The notes under the pieces were generated by a model. It worked only from the letters and a program-made list of their open reading frames with translations, made no database searches and had not been told where the DNA came from. Below are positions 56,040 to 64,000 of a DNA stretch of 64,000 nt, piece after piece. A program made the position numbers and the translations under genes. How positions within the stretch are numbered: position 1 is the stretch's first letter; each line of letters begins with the position of its first letter. This DNA is from Planctomycetota bacterium. Its GTDB lineage: Bacteria; Planctomycetota; MHYJ01; WSZJ01. The stretch covers positions 192,001 through 256,000 of the forward strand of contig JBBTCT010000002.1 in NCBI GenBank assembly GCA_038060895.1, read 5' to 3'.

Positions 56040-58295
56040 ATGAGCGAAGAGACTGTCCCGCCTCCGATGGACATCGACGAAGGCAGGGAGGAACTCCTGA
56101 AGCAAACCGCGGCGCCGCCGGCGAAGAAGAAGCGGTGGCTGCTGAAGGTCGCGATTGCGGTTCCGGTGCTGCTCGCGCTGCTGGTCCTGATGGCGCCGAC
56201 GCTGCTTTCGACGGGGCCGATCCGCATCAGGATCGAGACCGCCGCGTACGAAGCGACGAGCCGGAAGGTGACGCTGGAGGATCATTCGCTCGGGTGGTGG
56301 GCGCCGGCGGAACTCGAGAACTTCGTGATGTACGAGAAGGACGGGACGACGCCGTTCCTGAAGATCGCGAAGCTCTCGGTGAAGGTGGACATCAAGCCGC
56401 TTCTCGACTCGAACGTCGTCCTGCGGACGTGCGAGATTTCGGGCGTGGAGATGCGGATCGTGAAGCGCCGGGACGGGACGCTGTCCACGGACGACATCGG
56501 GCCGGTGAAGCCGAAGGAGAAGTCGGGGGACGAGGGGACGATCGTGATGGGAACGGTGGCGATCCGCGACGTGGCGGTGACGTACATCGACGAGGCCGCG
56601 GGCGCGACGTACCGCGTGACGGGGATGACGATCAACGCGAAGCCGGGCGCGACGCCGGACGAGATCGCGGCGGAGATCACGGCGAAGGTGCAGGCCGGGA
56701 GCGCTTCGCCCGGTGAGATCGACATCAACGCGACGGTGCTTGCCCTGGCAGCCGGGAAGCCGCGCAAGGAAATCACGGCGGAAGCGACGGTCGCGTTCAA
56801 GGGGTTGGACGTCGCGGCGATGATGCCGATGGCGGGCGTCGAGTGGGGAACGGGCGCGGTGTCGGGCGCCGTGAACGCGAAGCTGCTGGCGGGGGGCAAC
56901 GTGGATGCCGCGCTCGACGCAAAGGTCCCGTTCTTCAAGTGGGGCGACCCGCAGGCGCTTCCCCAGGTCGCGACGGCCATCAACGTGAAGCAGGAGATCT
57001 CGTGGCGCAAGAGCGACGGCAGGATCGAACTCAAGCCGGGCGGCAAGGTGCAGATGAACGGCTGCGACGTGCAGGCGCAGGGATTCCTCGCAGCGGACGG
57101 GCCGGTGGACCTCGTGATGAAGTTCGACGGCGACCTGACGAAACTGCGCGAGGTCTTCCCGGCGTATCTCGCGGACCAGGACATGAAAGGACCGCTGCGC
57201 ACGTTCTGGAACATCAAGGGCGAGAATTTCGACCGTCTTGAGATCGTCGGGAAGGCGACCGTGACAAGCCCGCCGGTGCCGACGGACTACACGTACCGGA
57301 CGCGCGACAAAGACGGGAAGACGACGGATTACGTGATCCCGAATCCCGGAAATCTCTCCGTCGATATCAAGGGCACCTACGACGGCGCGCGCCGCGCGTC
57401 GCAGGCGCAGCGCGAACCGGGGCGGGCCTGGGCGTCCCTGGACGGACTGGACTTCGACATCGCGGTGCAGACCCCGTGGGTGCGGGCGGACGCGATGGAG
57501 CTGAAGAGGCTGCTGATCGAGGTAGGGGTTCGCGAGCAGGCGTGGGACCTCCGGCGCATCGACTTCCGCCTTAACGATGGCGATGTGAAGTGCTCCGGGA
57601 AGATCCTGTTCGACTCCGGGGACCCGGCCTGGAACCTGCGCACGACCGTCACGGACCCGCCCGTGAAGTACTCGCACCTCTTCAGCGGCCTCGCGGCGCT
57701 GGTGAACCCCGCGCTCTACTCGGAGCAGAAGGGACAGGTCGAGGCGGCGATGGCGTGGGACATTTCGCTTCGCGGGCGCGGGTTCAGCATGGACGCGATG
57801 AAGAAGACGCTGGAAGGCGAAGGAACGCTCGGACTCCGGAACGTGACGCTCGCCGGGTCGCCGCTCTTCACGGAGCTCTACTCCCAGCTGAAGCTTACCC
57901 AGCAGTCGAAGTTCGAGTACTCGATCGTGGACCAGAAGTTCCACATCAAGGGCGGCAAGATCTATAACGAATTCTCCAAGTGGCAGGGGGACGGGAAGGA
58001 AGCGGACATCACGATCGCCGGCGAGACGGATTTCGACGGGAACCTGAAGCAGTCGATCACCGTGACGGGCGATCCGACGGCGCGTTGGGGGAAGACGACA
58101 GGCGCGGTTGTGGACGTCTTCAACAAGGCGGGTGGGTTGCCGCTGGGCGGGACGGTCGCCGAGCCGAAGATCGACATTGATTTCGAGAAGGCGCTGGAGG
58201 GCGCGGCGAAGGGGCTGCTGGAGAATCCGGAAGTGAAGGAGAAGGTGGACGAGTTGTTCAACGACCTGTTCAAGAAGAAGAAAAAGAAGAAATAG
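56040..58295 (+). CDS. AsmA family protein
   Basis: N-terminal TM, beta-rich body, C-terminal GETDFDGNL…GGTVAEP. Confidence 0.75.
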   Translation: MSEETVPPPMDIDEGREELLKQTAAPPAKKKRWLLKVAIAVPVLLALLVLMAPTLLSTGPIRIRIETAAYEATSRKVTLEDHSLGWWAPAELENFVMYEKDGTTPFLKIAKLSVKVDIKPLLDSNVVLRTCEISGVEMRIVKRRDGTLSTDDIGPVKPKEKSGDEGTIVMGTVAIRDVAVTYIDEAAGATYRVTGMTINAKPGATPDEIAAEITAKVQAGSASPGEIDINATVLALAAGKPRKEITAEATVAFKGLDVAAMMPMAGVEWGTGAVSGAVNAKLLAGGNVDAALDAKVPFFKWGDPQALPQVATAINVKQEISWRKSDGRIELKPGGKVQMNGCDVQAQGFLAADGPVDLVMKFDGDLTKLREVFPAYLADQDMKGPLRTFWNIKGENFDRLEIVGKATVTSPPVPTDYTYRTRDKDGKTTDYVIPNPGNLSVDIKGTYDGARRASQAQREPGRAWASLDGLDFDIAVQTPWVRADAMELKRLLIEVGVREQAWDLRRIDFRLNDGDVKCSGKILFDSGDPAWNLRTTVTDPPVKYSHLFSGLAALVNPALYSEQKGQVEAAMAWDISLRGRGFSMDAMKKTLEGEGTLGLRNVTLAGSPLFTELYSQLKLTQQSKFEYSIVDQKFHIKGGKIYNEFSKWQGDGKEADITIAGETDFDGNLKQSITVTGDPTARWGKTTGAVVDVFNKAGGLPLGGTVAEPKIDIDFEKALEGAAKGLLENPEVKEKVDELFNDLFKKKKKKK

Positions 58296-58314
58296 GAAGG
58301 CATTGGTTAAAGGA

Positions 58315-58410
58315 GCTTTATCCGCGTATTCCTTTCCGTTTTTCAAAAAAACAGCGAACGGAATTCGCGGATAAGAGCGAATGACGCGGAAACAGCCGCG
58401 GATACAGCCA
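58315..58410. repeat. intergenic palindrome (element B), sibling of element A
   Basis: TTATCCGCGtATTCC…GGAATtCGCGGATAA plus a 35-nt arm shared with 18366-18400. Confidence 0.85.
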
Positions 58411-58440
58411 AAAAAAACGCCGCCCGATGGGGGCGGCGTT
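58410..58440 (-). terminator. Rho-independent terminator between convergent genes
   Basis: AACGCCGCCC-N5-GGGCGGCGTT with an A8 run (U-tract on the minus strand). Confidence 0.85.
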
Positions 58441-58459
58441 GCTGTTTCTGATCGGCCTC

Positions 58460-59149
58460 TTACTTCTCTTCGACGACTTCCGCCTCCGTTTCAACCACTT
58501 CCTTTTCCTTCTGCTCCACCTTCACCGGTGTTTTCACTTCAGGCGCCGAGATGGTGCTCTGCTGCATGCGGTTGTGGCGGACTTTCTTGAAGCAGCAGCC
58601 GTTTCCGTCCTTGAATCCCGCCACGCCCAGCGCCGCGATGAGAAGGAGCCCGAGCAGCGACTGCCCGACGCCGATCGCGATGCCCGCGCGCGCCAGCCCC
58701 TCCGAGGCAGGGTTGCCCTTGCCCGCGCGGATCCTGCGAAGCGCGCTGCACGACACGAGAGCTCCGATCGATCCGCCGACGGGTCCGGAGATGACGAGAA
58801 GGGGAAACGCGACCACTCCGAACACCAGCGAGCCGAGCGAGAGGATGAATCCGCCGACCGCGCCGCAGTCGTGTTTCGTGGCGCAGGCGCCGCCGGCGTG
58901 CCCGACCGGCGACGGAGCTTCCGCCGCGGCGACGCGCGCCATCGGGGGCTCCGGCGTTCCCACCTTCGCCGCGACCGGTTCGATCTTCGGCGTTGCGGGT
59001 CCGTCCACCAGGCGCGCTTCCGGAACGGATTCCGGTGCGGCGGGGGCCCAGACGATGCGGGAGCAGGACGGGCAGCGGACGCGCTTGCCGCCAAGGTCTT
59101 CGGAGACCTGGAGGAGACGGCCGCAAGGACACGGGAACTGGAGGGACAT
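58460..59149 (-). CDS. zinc-ribbon + DUF4190 membrane protein
   Basis: CPCG…VRCPSC; AVGGFILSL…ALRRI…GLARAGIAIG. Confidence 0.8.
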   Translation of the reverse strand: MSLQFPCPCGRLLQVSEDLGGKRVRCPSCSRIVWAPAAPESVPEARLVDGPATPKIEPVAAKVGTPEPPMARVAAAEAPSPVGHAGGACATKHDCGAVGGFILSLGSLVFGVVAFPLLVISGPVGGSIGALVSCSALRRIRAGKGNPASEGLARAGIAIGVGQSLLGLLLIAALGVAGFKDGNGCCFKKVRHNRMQQSTISAPEVKTPVKVEQKEKEVVETEAEVVEEK

Positions 59150-59320
59150 GGGATGGTTCTCCTGAGTTGCGCGGAACGGAGGGAGTATAGCACTGGGGGT
59201 GGCCCCAGCCCTAGCCCCCCCAATCCCGATTCCTTGCGTTCCCCAGCGCCCGCCGTTTTCCCCCGCTCTCGACACCCCCCGCCCCCCCCTGCTAAAGTCC
59301 CCGCTAGCGAAACTCTCCAC

Positions 59321-60217
59321 ATGAACTTCGACAAATTCAACCAGCTGCAGGCCGACAAACCCAACCTTCGCGAAATGTCCGACGCGACGGCCATCGGTGA
59401 CTACAAGAACTCCGGCTGCGGCGACGCTTACCGCATCTTCCTCAAGGTCAACCCCTCCGGCGTCATCGAGGACGCTTCGTTCACCACTACCGGCTGCGGA
59501 TTCGGGCTCGCGGCGCTGGCGCTTTGCTGCGAAGCGGCGAAGGGGAAGACGCTGGAAGAAGCGGGGCGGCTGACGGCGGAAGAAATCGAAAAGGGAGTCG
59601 ACGGGTTCCCGGAGCGCCGCAAGAACTACCCGGCATCCGCGCTCGAGGCCCTGCAGGTCGCCCTTGCGAACCAGAAGAACGGCGGCCCGGCCGCGGCAAA
59701 GGCCAGGCCGACGCGCGAGGAAGTCCTCCGGCTCATCGCCGACGACAAGCCGCTCGGCACGCTCGACGGCACGAACCTCGACCTGTCCGACCTCGATCTC
59801 CGAAGCGCCCGCTTCGACGGCGGCAATTTCGCCGGCGCGAATTTCTCGGGCTGCTACCTGATGGGCGCGAGCTTTCACAAGTGCTCGCTCCGCGGCGCGA
59901 ACTTCGAGGTCTCGGACCTGATGGGCGTGAATTTCAGGCGCGCGGACCTCTACAACGCAAACTTCCGCAACGCGGACCTCGCGTACGCCGACCTGCGCAA
60001 CGCCTTCCTCAACGACGCCGACCTTTCCGGCGCGACGCTCCTGGGCGCCAACCTCGGGTTCTGCAAATTGACCGGCATCAAAATGGCCGGCACCCGCTGG
60101 GGCGGCGCCATGTACGACGCCATGACACGCTTCGACGCCGGCGTCATCGCCCCGTTCGAGCAGATGTTCCGGCACGATTCGGCCGCCGGGATGTTCCTCG
60201 CGGAAGAGAAGGCGTGA
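59321..60217 (+). CDS. IscU/NifU-N-like domain fused to pentapeptide repeats
   Basis: NSGCGD…DASFTTTGCG…AKGKTLEEA followed by A(D/N)(L/F)xx repeats. Confidence 0.85.
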   Translation: MNFDKFNQLQADKPNLREMSDATAIGDYKNSGCGDAYRIFLKVNPSGVIEDASFTTTGCGFGLAALALCCEAAKGKTLEEAGRLTAEEIEKGVDGFPERRKNYPASALEALQVALANQKNGGPAAAKARPTREEVLRLIADDKPLGTLDGTNLDLSDLDLRSARFDGGNFAGANFSGCYLMGASFHKCSLRGANFEVSDLMGVNFRRADLYNANFRNADLAYADLRNAFLNDADLSGATLLGANLGFCKLTGIKMAGTRWGGAMYDAMTRFDAGVIAPFEQMFRHDSAAGMFLAEEKA

Positions 60218-60423
60218 GCCGCTTCAAGGCCGGCGACGCGGTGCAGTTCAACCGCATCTTCATGCACAAGGGCATCTTCGTGACCCAGAGGAACCCGACG
60301 AAGATCAAGGCCGTGCGTGAAGCGGCCGGCGCCGAGGCGGAGTACGACGTGATCTTCCTGGATGCGGAGGGGAATCCGCACGTGGTGGAGAAGGTGAAGG
60401 AAGCGGATCTACTTCAGGCGTAG
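60214..60423 (+). CDS. small hypothetical protein (69 aa)
   Basis: GTGA overlap; MSRFKAGDAVQF…YDVIF…VKEADL. Confidence 0.7.
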   Translation: MSRFKAGDAVQFNRIFMHKGIFVTQRNPTKIKAVREAAGAEAEYDVIFLDAEGNPHVVEKVKEADLLQA

Positions 60424-60514
60424 GCGGCTTGCAGCCGCGTGCCAACGGCGCCACAGATCTCAGCAGTGGCTGCCGCACATTCCGGATTCCGAGGCAGGCC
60501 CGGCAACGGGTGAA

Positions 60515-60678
60515 ATCTGCGCCTGTCTGCGTCGATCTCGTTTTATCTGCGCGACGCATTTCCTTGTACTCGATTGCCATGCGAGCGCCGAATCGTACGC
60601 ACTCCGTCACCCAGCGGACATGGGCCCGCAAAGGGCTTTTGCGCAGATAAAACGAGATTTCCGCAGACAAGCGCGGAT
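60515..60678 (+). mobile_element. 164-bp solo copy (element D) of the GxxExxY-adjacent element
   Basis: 38-bp arms complementary at 33/38; aligns end-to-end with the reverse complement of 39095-39257. Mobility is inferred. Confidence 0.7.
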
Positions 60679-60793
60679 ACGGCCAAAGGGATTAGGAAAA
60701 AGACAGACCTAAAACGAACGTCGGGAGGCCGGCGCCTGCTGGGGCTAATTTTTGAGAGTGGCTTTCCTCAGCCCCGCTTAGAATCCCCAGCCC

Positions 60794-62119
60794 GTGATCG
60801 AAATTCCCGGCGTTTCCATCAAAGAAAAGTTCGCCGAAGGCGGCGCTTCCCACATCTATCTGGGAACCTACCTCAAGCGCGGCTGCCCGTGCGCAGTGAA
60901 GGTCCTGAAGGACCAGCTCAAGCAGGACTCTTCGCAAATCAAGGCGTTCAAGAACGAATCGAAGCTGCTGCTGGCGGTGCGGCACCCGTGCATCATCGAA
61001 GTGTGGGAGTCGGGCTCGACGGCGACAGACTACTACTACGTCATGGAGTACTTTGACTCGAAGAATCTCAAGAGCCTGATCCTCAACAAGTCTCCTCTAA
61101 TCGGCGACTGGGTCCCGATCGTGGTGCGTGTGGCCGACGCGATCCTTTACCTGCACCTGAACTCGATGATCCACCGGGACATCAAGCCGGAGAACATCCT
61201 CGTCAACACGAAGGGCGAGGTGAAGCTGATCGACCTGTCGATCGCGATGAAGAAAACGTTCATGACGGCGCTTTTCAGCCGGACGCCGTCCGTCACCGCC
61301 GGCACGCCGTCCTACATGTCGCCGGAGCAGATCACGGGGAAAGCGTGCGACCACCGGAGCGACATCTATTCGCTCGGGGCGACGATCTACGAAATGCTGG
61401 TCGGCCGGGTGCCGTTCCTGGGGCGGAGCATGAACGAGATCCTGGACAAGCACCTGAAGGAGAAGCCGGTTCCGCCGCGGCAACTGGTGCCGGAGATCCC
61501 GCCCGAGGCGAACGACCTCCTGATGAAGATGCTGGAGAAGGACCCCGACGACCGGATCGAGGACATGAACCTGGTCCTGTACGAGCTGAAGAAGATCCAG
61601 CGCAAGGGGGCGCCGAAGCTGCAGAGGATCACGGCGGCGGAGGCAGCCAAGGCGCCGGGAGGGCCGGCCGCGGGAATCGGCCCGGTCACGGCCGCGAGGA
61701 GAGCCGCGGCGGTCACCGGTTCGCGCGGATCGGCGCCGGGCAACAAGGAGGACGACGCGAATAGCCGGTCGACCCGCATCCTGGTGCAGGACGGGTTCCT
61801 TCAGTTCGGGATCTGCAAGGAAGGCGACCCGCCCAAACTTCCCGCCGGCTACAAGAGCCCGCTGGTGAACCTGAGCCGCCATGGACTCGGCTTCGTTGCC
61901 GAAGTGGACATCGTGCTCGAGAGCTGCGTGGACCTGGCGCTGCACCTGCGCGGCACGCGCAAGCCGATCTATGCGCGCGGCAAGGTCGCCTGGTGCCGCA
62001 AGGTGAAGGACGCGAATCTACGGTCCATCGGCATCCGGCTCACGGCGCGGTCCAAGGACTACATGACCGCGTACGAGCAGCTCAAGACCGCGACCAAGAC
62101 CGGCACGGACGAAACCTAA
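60794..62119 (+). CDS. Ser/Thr protein kinase with C-terminal PilZ-like domain
   Basis: AVK, HRDIKPEN, DLS, GTPSYMSPE; NLSRHGLGF…GKVAW…GIRL. Confidence 0.88.
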   Translation: MIEIPGVSIKEKFAEGGASHIYLGTYLKRGCPCAVKVLKDQLKQDSSQIKAFKNESKLLLAVRHPCIIEVWESGSTATDYYYVMEYFDSKNLKSLILNKSPLIGDWVPIVVRVADAILYLHLNSMIHRDIKPENILVNTKGEVKLIDLSIAMKKTFMTALFSRTPSVTAGTPSYMSPEQITGKACDHRSDIYSLGATIYEMLVGRVPFLGRSMNEILDKHLKEKPVPPRQLVPEIPPEANDLLMKMLEKDPDDRIEDMNLVLYELKKIQRKGAPKLQRITAAEAAKAPGGPAAGIGPVTAARRAAAVTGSRGSAPGNKEDDANSRSTRILVQDGFLQFGICKEGDPPKLPAGYKSPLVNLSRHGLGFVAEVDIVLESCVDLALHLRGTRKPIYARGKVAWCRKVKDANLRSIGIRLTARSKDYMTAYEQLKTATKTGTDET

Positions 62120-62128
62120 CGCGCGCCG

Positions 62129-63331
62129 TCACTTGCCTTTCCCCGCCTCCAGCGCCCTCAGCGCCACTTCCTCGTTCACGACCCTCTCGAATCCCATTTT
62201 GAACTCTTCGTCCGCCTCTTCGCTCATCGGCCGCGCGAGATGCGTGAACACCTGGATGTTGTAGGAGATCTCTTCGCCGATTGCTTCGCCGATCGAAGGC
62301 AGGCCGGACCTCTCCGCCGCTGCGTCGATGTCTTCCTGCGACAGGCCGGGATTCTTGGCGCGAAGCTCCCTGGCGATCTCGTTGCGACGCTTCGCCCCCA
62401 GCGCCGCCAGCACTTCGATCTCCGCGTCCGTCCAGGCCGCGCGGTAGTACGCCCTCACCGAGCCAAGCGCCCGCTCAAGCCGGCGCTTCCAGTCCTTGTC
62501 TTTCCCAAGCACCTCCAGCGACAGCTGCATCGCGTAGTCGAGGACGATGCCGCGGACCTGGACGGGCGCCATCGGCTTGCCGGCGAGCTTGAAGAGCGCG
62601 GGGTCGAGAGCCTCGTCGATCGCGAACGATTCGCGCTTGAGGCGCGCGAGTCGCCCGCCGGGCGGCTCCAGCTGCCAGTCGATGAGGCTTCCCGTGTCGC
62701 GGTCGATGGTGACGCGGCCGCACAGGCCGGAGATGACGGCGGTCCGGTCAACCGCGCGGACGGTCATGCCTTCCTGGGGACGAAGAAGCGACAGCCACCC
62801 GAACGGCGCGGTTTCCTTGAGGGAAACGGTGAGCAGGATGTGCCGCTCCGCCCGGCCCTGTTCATCCAGCCGAAGCGCGACGTCCGTCCCGATGTATCCG
62901 GGAGGGACCGGCGGGTTCTCGCCGCGCGCGGGCTGAGGTTTCCCGGCCGCGATCGCGGTCGCAGCGGCGTACACATGGCCGATCGGCACGGAGGCGACGA
63001 GGAAATTCCCCTCGCCGTCCGGTGCGCGGACCGAGAGCGTGCCGCCGTCGAGGACGAGCGCAATGCCGGGTTCGACATGAAGCGCCGCGCGCCCGGCGCG
63101 GTCGTAGGCCAGCGTCACGACGACGTTGGTGGCGCCCTCGGCGCCGTACTTCGCCTGGAACGTCTTCCATTTCCCGGCCGCGGCCCGGCACTCGGCCTCG
63201 AGGTCCACATCCGCAGGATTCTCAGGCGCGGTTTTCCCGTTGTCCGGTTTGGGGTCCGGGTTCTTTCCGTCGTCGCCGCCGCAGGAACTGAGGACCAGGG
63301 CGGCCACGAGCGTGATCAGGGGGCGCTTCAT
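62129..63331 (-). CDS. hypothetical lipoprotein
   Basis: Lipobox VLSSC from ATG 63331. Confidence 0.65.
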   Translation of the reverse strand: MKRPLITLVAALVLSSCGGDDGKNPDPKPDNGKTAPENPADVDLEAECRAAAGKWKTFQAKYGAEGATNVVVTLAYDRAGRAALHVEPGIALVLDGGTLSVRAPDGEGNFLVASVPIGHVYAAATAIAAGKPQPARGENPPVPPGYIGTDVALRLDEQGRAERHILLTVSLKETAPFGWLSLLRPQEGMTVRAVDRTAVISGLCGRVTIDRDTGSLIDWQLEPPGGRLARLKRESFAIDEALDPALFKLAGKPMAPVQVRGIVLDYAMQLSLEVLGKDKDWKRRLERALGSVRAYYRAAWTDAEIEVLAALGAKRRNEIARELRAKNPGLSQEDIDAAAERSGLPSIGEAIGEEISYNIQVFTHLARPMSEEADEEFKMGFERVVNEEVALRALEAGKGK

Positions 63332-63373
63332 GGGGCGGGATCTTAGGCCCTCGCCGGCCTCCGGGTCACGCAT

Positions 63374-64000
63374 TCACGGCCCCGTCCGGTTCCAGCGCGC
63401 CACCACCCAGATGCCGGCACGCTTGCGGAGGCGGAAGTGATGCCAGGACTCGAAGGTCTTGCCGTCCGAAGCGGCCGGATTCTGAATCTCGGCGATGACG
63501 ACGCTCGCCCAGGCGCCGTCGTCCACGAACGCCTTCCGGCCGAGCGATTCTTCTTCGACGCCGAGTTTCAGGCGGACGGAGTCGGCGGCGCGGGCGTCCC
63601 AGGCCTCGCGGCCGACGGCGACGGCTTTGGCGGAGAGCGGATGAAGCGCGAATGTGTCGCCGGGGACAAGCACGGCGACCTCGAAATCCTTGGGCCATCT
63701 GCGGACTGCCGAATAGAACCGGAACGCGGCCGTGAGGGCGCCGTCGCCGCCCGCCGCGTAAAACGACTTCAGCGCTTCCCCCGCCCCCGGATCGTCCATG
63801 CGCGCGAGCGTCGTGAGGGCCCAATCGCGAAGCGGTCCGTCGGCCGCTGCGAGCTTTGCCAGCTCAGGAACGCTCTCCGCGGGATCGTTCGCGAGCGCCA
63901 TCGCGCCGTACTCCCAGACGACGTCCGACCGCCAGCCGAGCGCCGGGGCGTTCCAGGCACCGGCGCGCGCTTCCGCGATCACGGTCTGGACGCGCTCCGC
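63374..64000 (-). CDS. hypothetical protein (HEAT-like), probably truncated by the window edge
   Basis: Open frame to the window end; LRDWALTTLARM. Confidence 0.55.
   Translation of the reverse strand, partial: AERVQTVIAEARAGAWNAPALGWRSDVVWEYGAMALANDPAESVPELAKLAAADGPLRDWALTTLARMDDPGAGEALKSFYAAGGDGALTAAFRFYSAVRRWPKDFEVAVLVPGDTFALHPLSAKAVAVGREAWDARAADSVRLKLGVEEESLGRKAFVDDGAWASVVIAEIQNPAASDGKTFESWHHFRLRKRAGIWVVARWNRTGP

Noticed and set aside
59195-59295. C-run cluster (possible G-quadruplex on the minus strand)
   Set aside because: Expected in the C-rich patches of this genome; no independent support
1-64000. CRISPR array, rRNA, tRNA, integrase or transposase
   Set aside because: No regularly spaced direct repeats or recognisable motifs seen; short features could be missed by eye

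Overview
GC-rich bacterial window. The gene repertoire (prenyltransferase/squalene-cyclase-fold repeat protein, DUF1570-like peptidase, Ser/Thr kinases, many TPR lipoproteins) suggests a planctomycete-like organism; this is inference. The backbone is the conserved glmU-prs-(7 kb insert)-rplY-pth-rpsF-ssb-rpsR-rplI-(insert)-dnaB block, with a LAGLIDADG intein in dnaB. Accessory content includes: (i) a toxin-antitoxin island (6.3-10.7 kb) around a 607-aa protein of seven ~60-aa repeats with a central PD-(D/E)xK-like domain; (ii) a divergent molybdoenzyme locus with a 4-hydroxybenzoyl-CoA-reductase-like trimer whose catalytic Glu appears replaced by Gln, fdhD, and a split selenocysteine (UGA + SECIS) formate dehydrogenase; (iii) tandem radical SAM paralogues, an IscU-pentapeptide fusion, and three related TPR-family genes. 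The best candidate for an undescribed system is a GxxExxY PD-(D/E)xK nuclease gene inserted between rplI and dnaB. It sits next to a 163-bp inverted-repeat element, and a collinear solo copy plus two sibling elements occur elsewhere in the window. No rRNA, tRNA or CRISPR array was found. All family assignments come from motif recognition by eye, not database searches.
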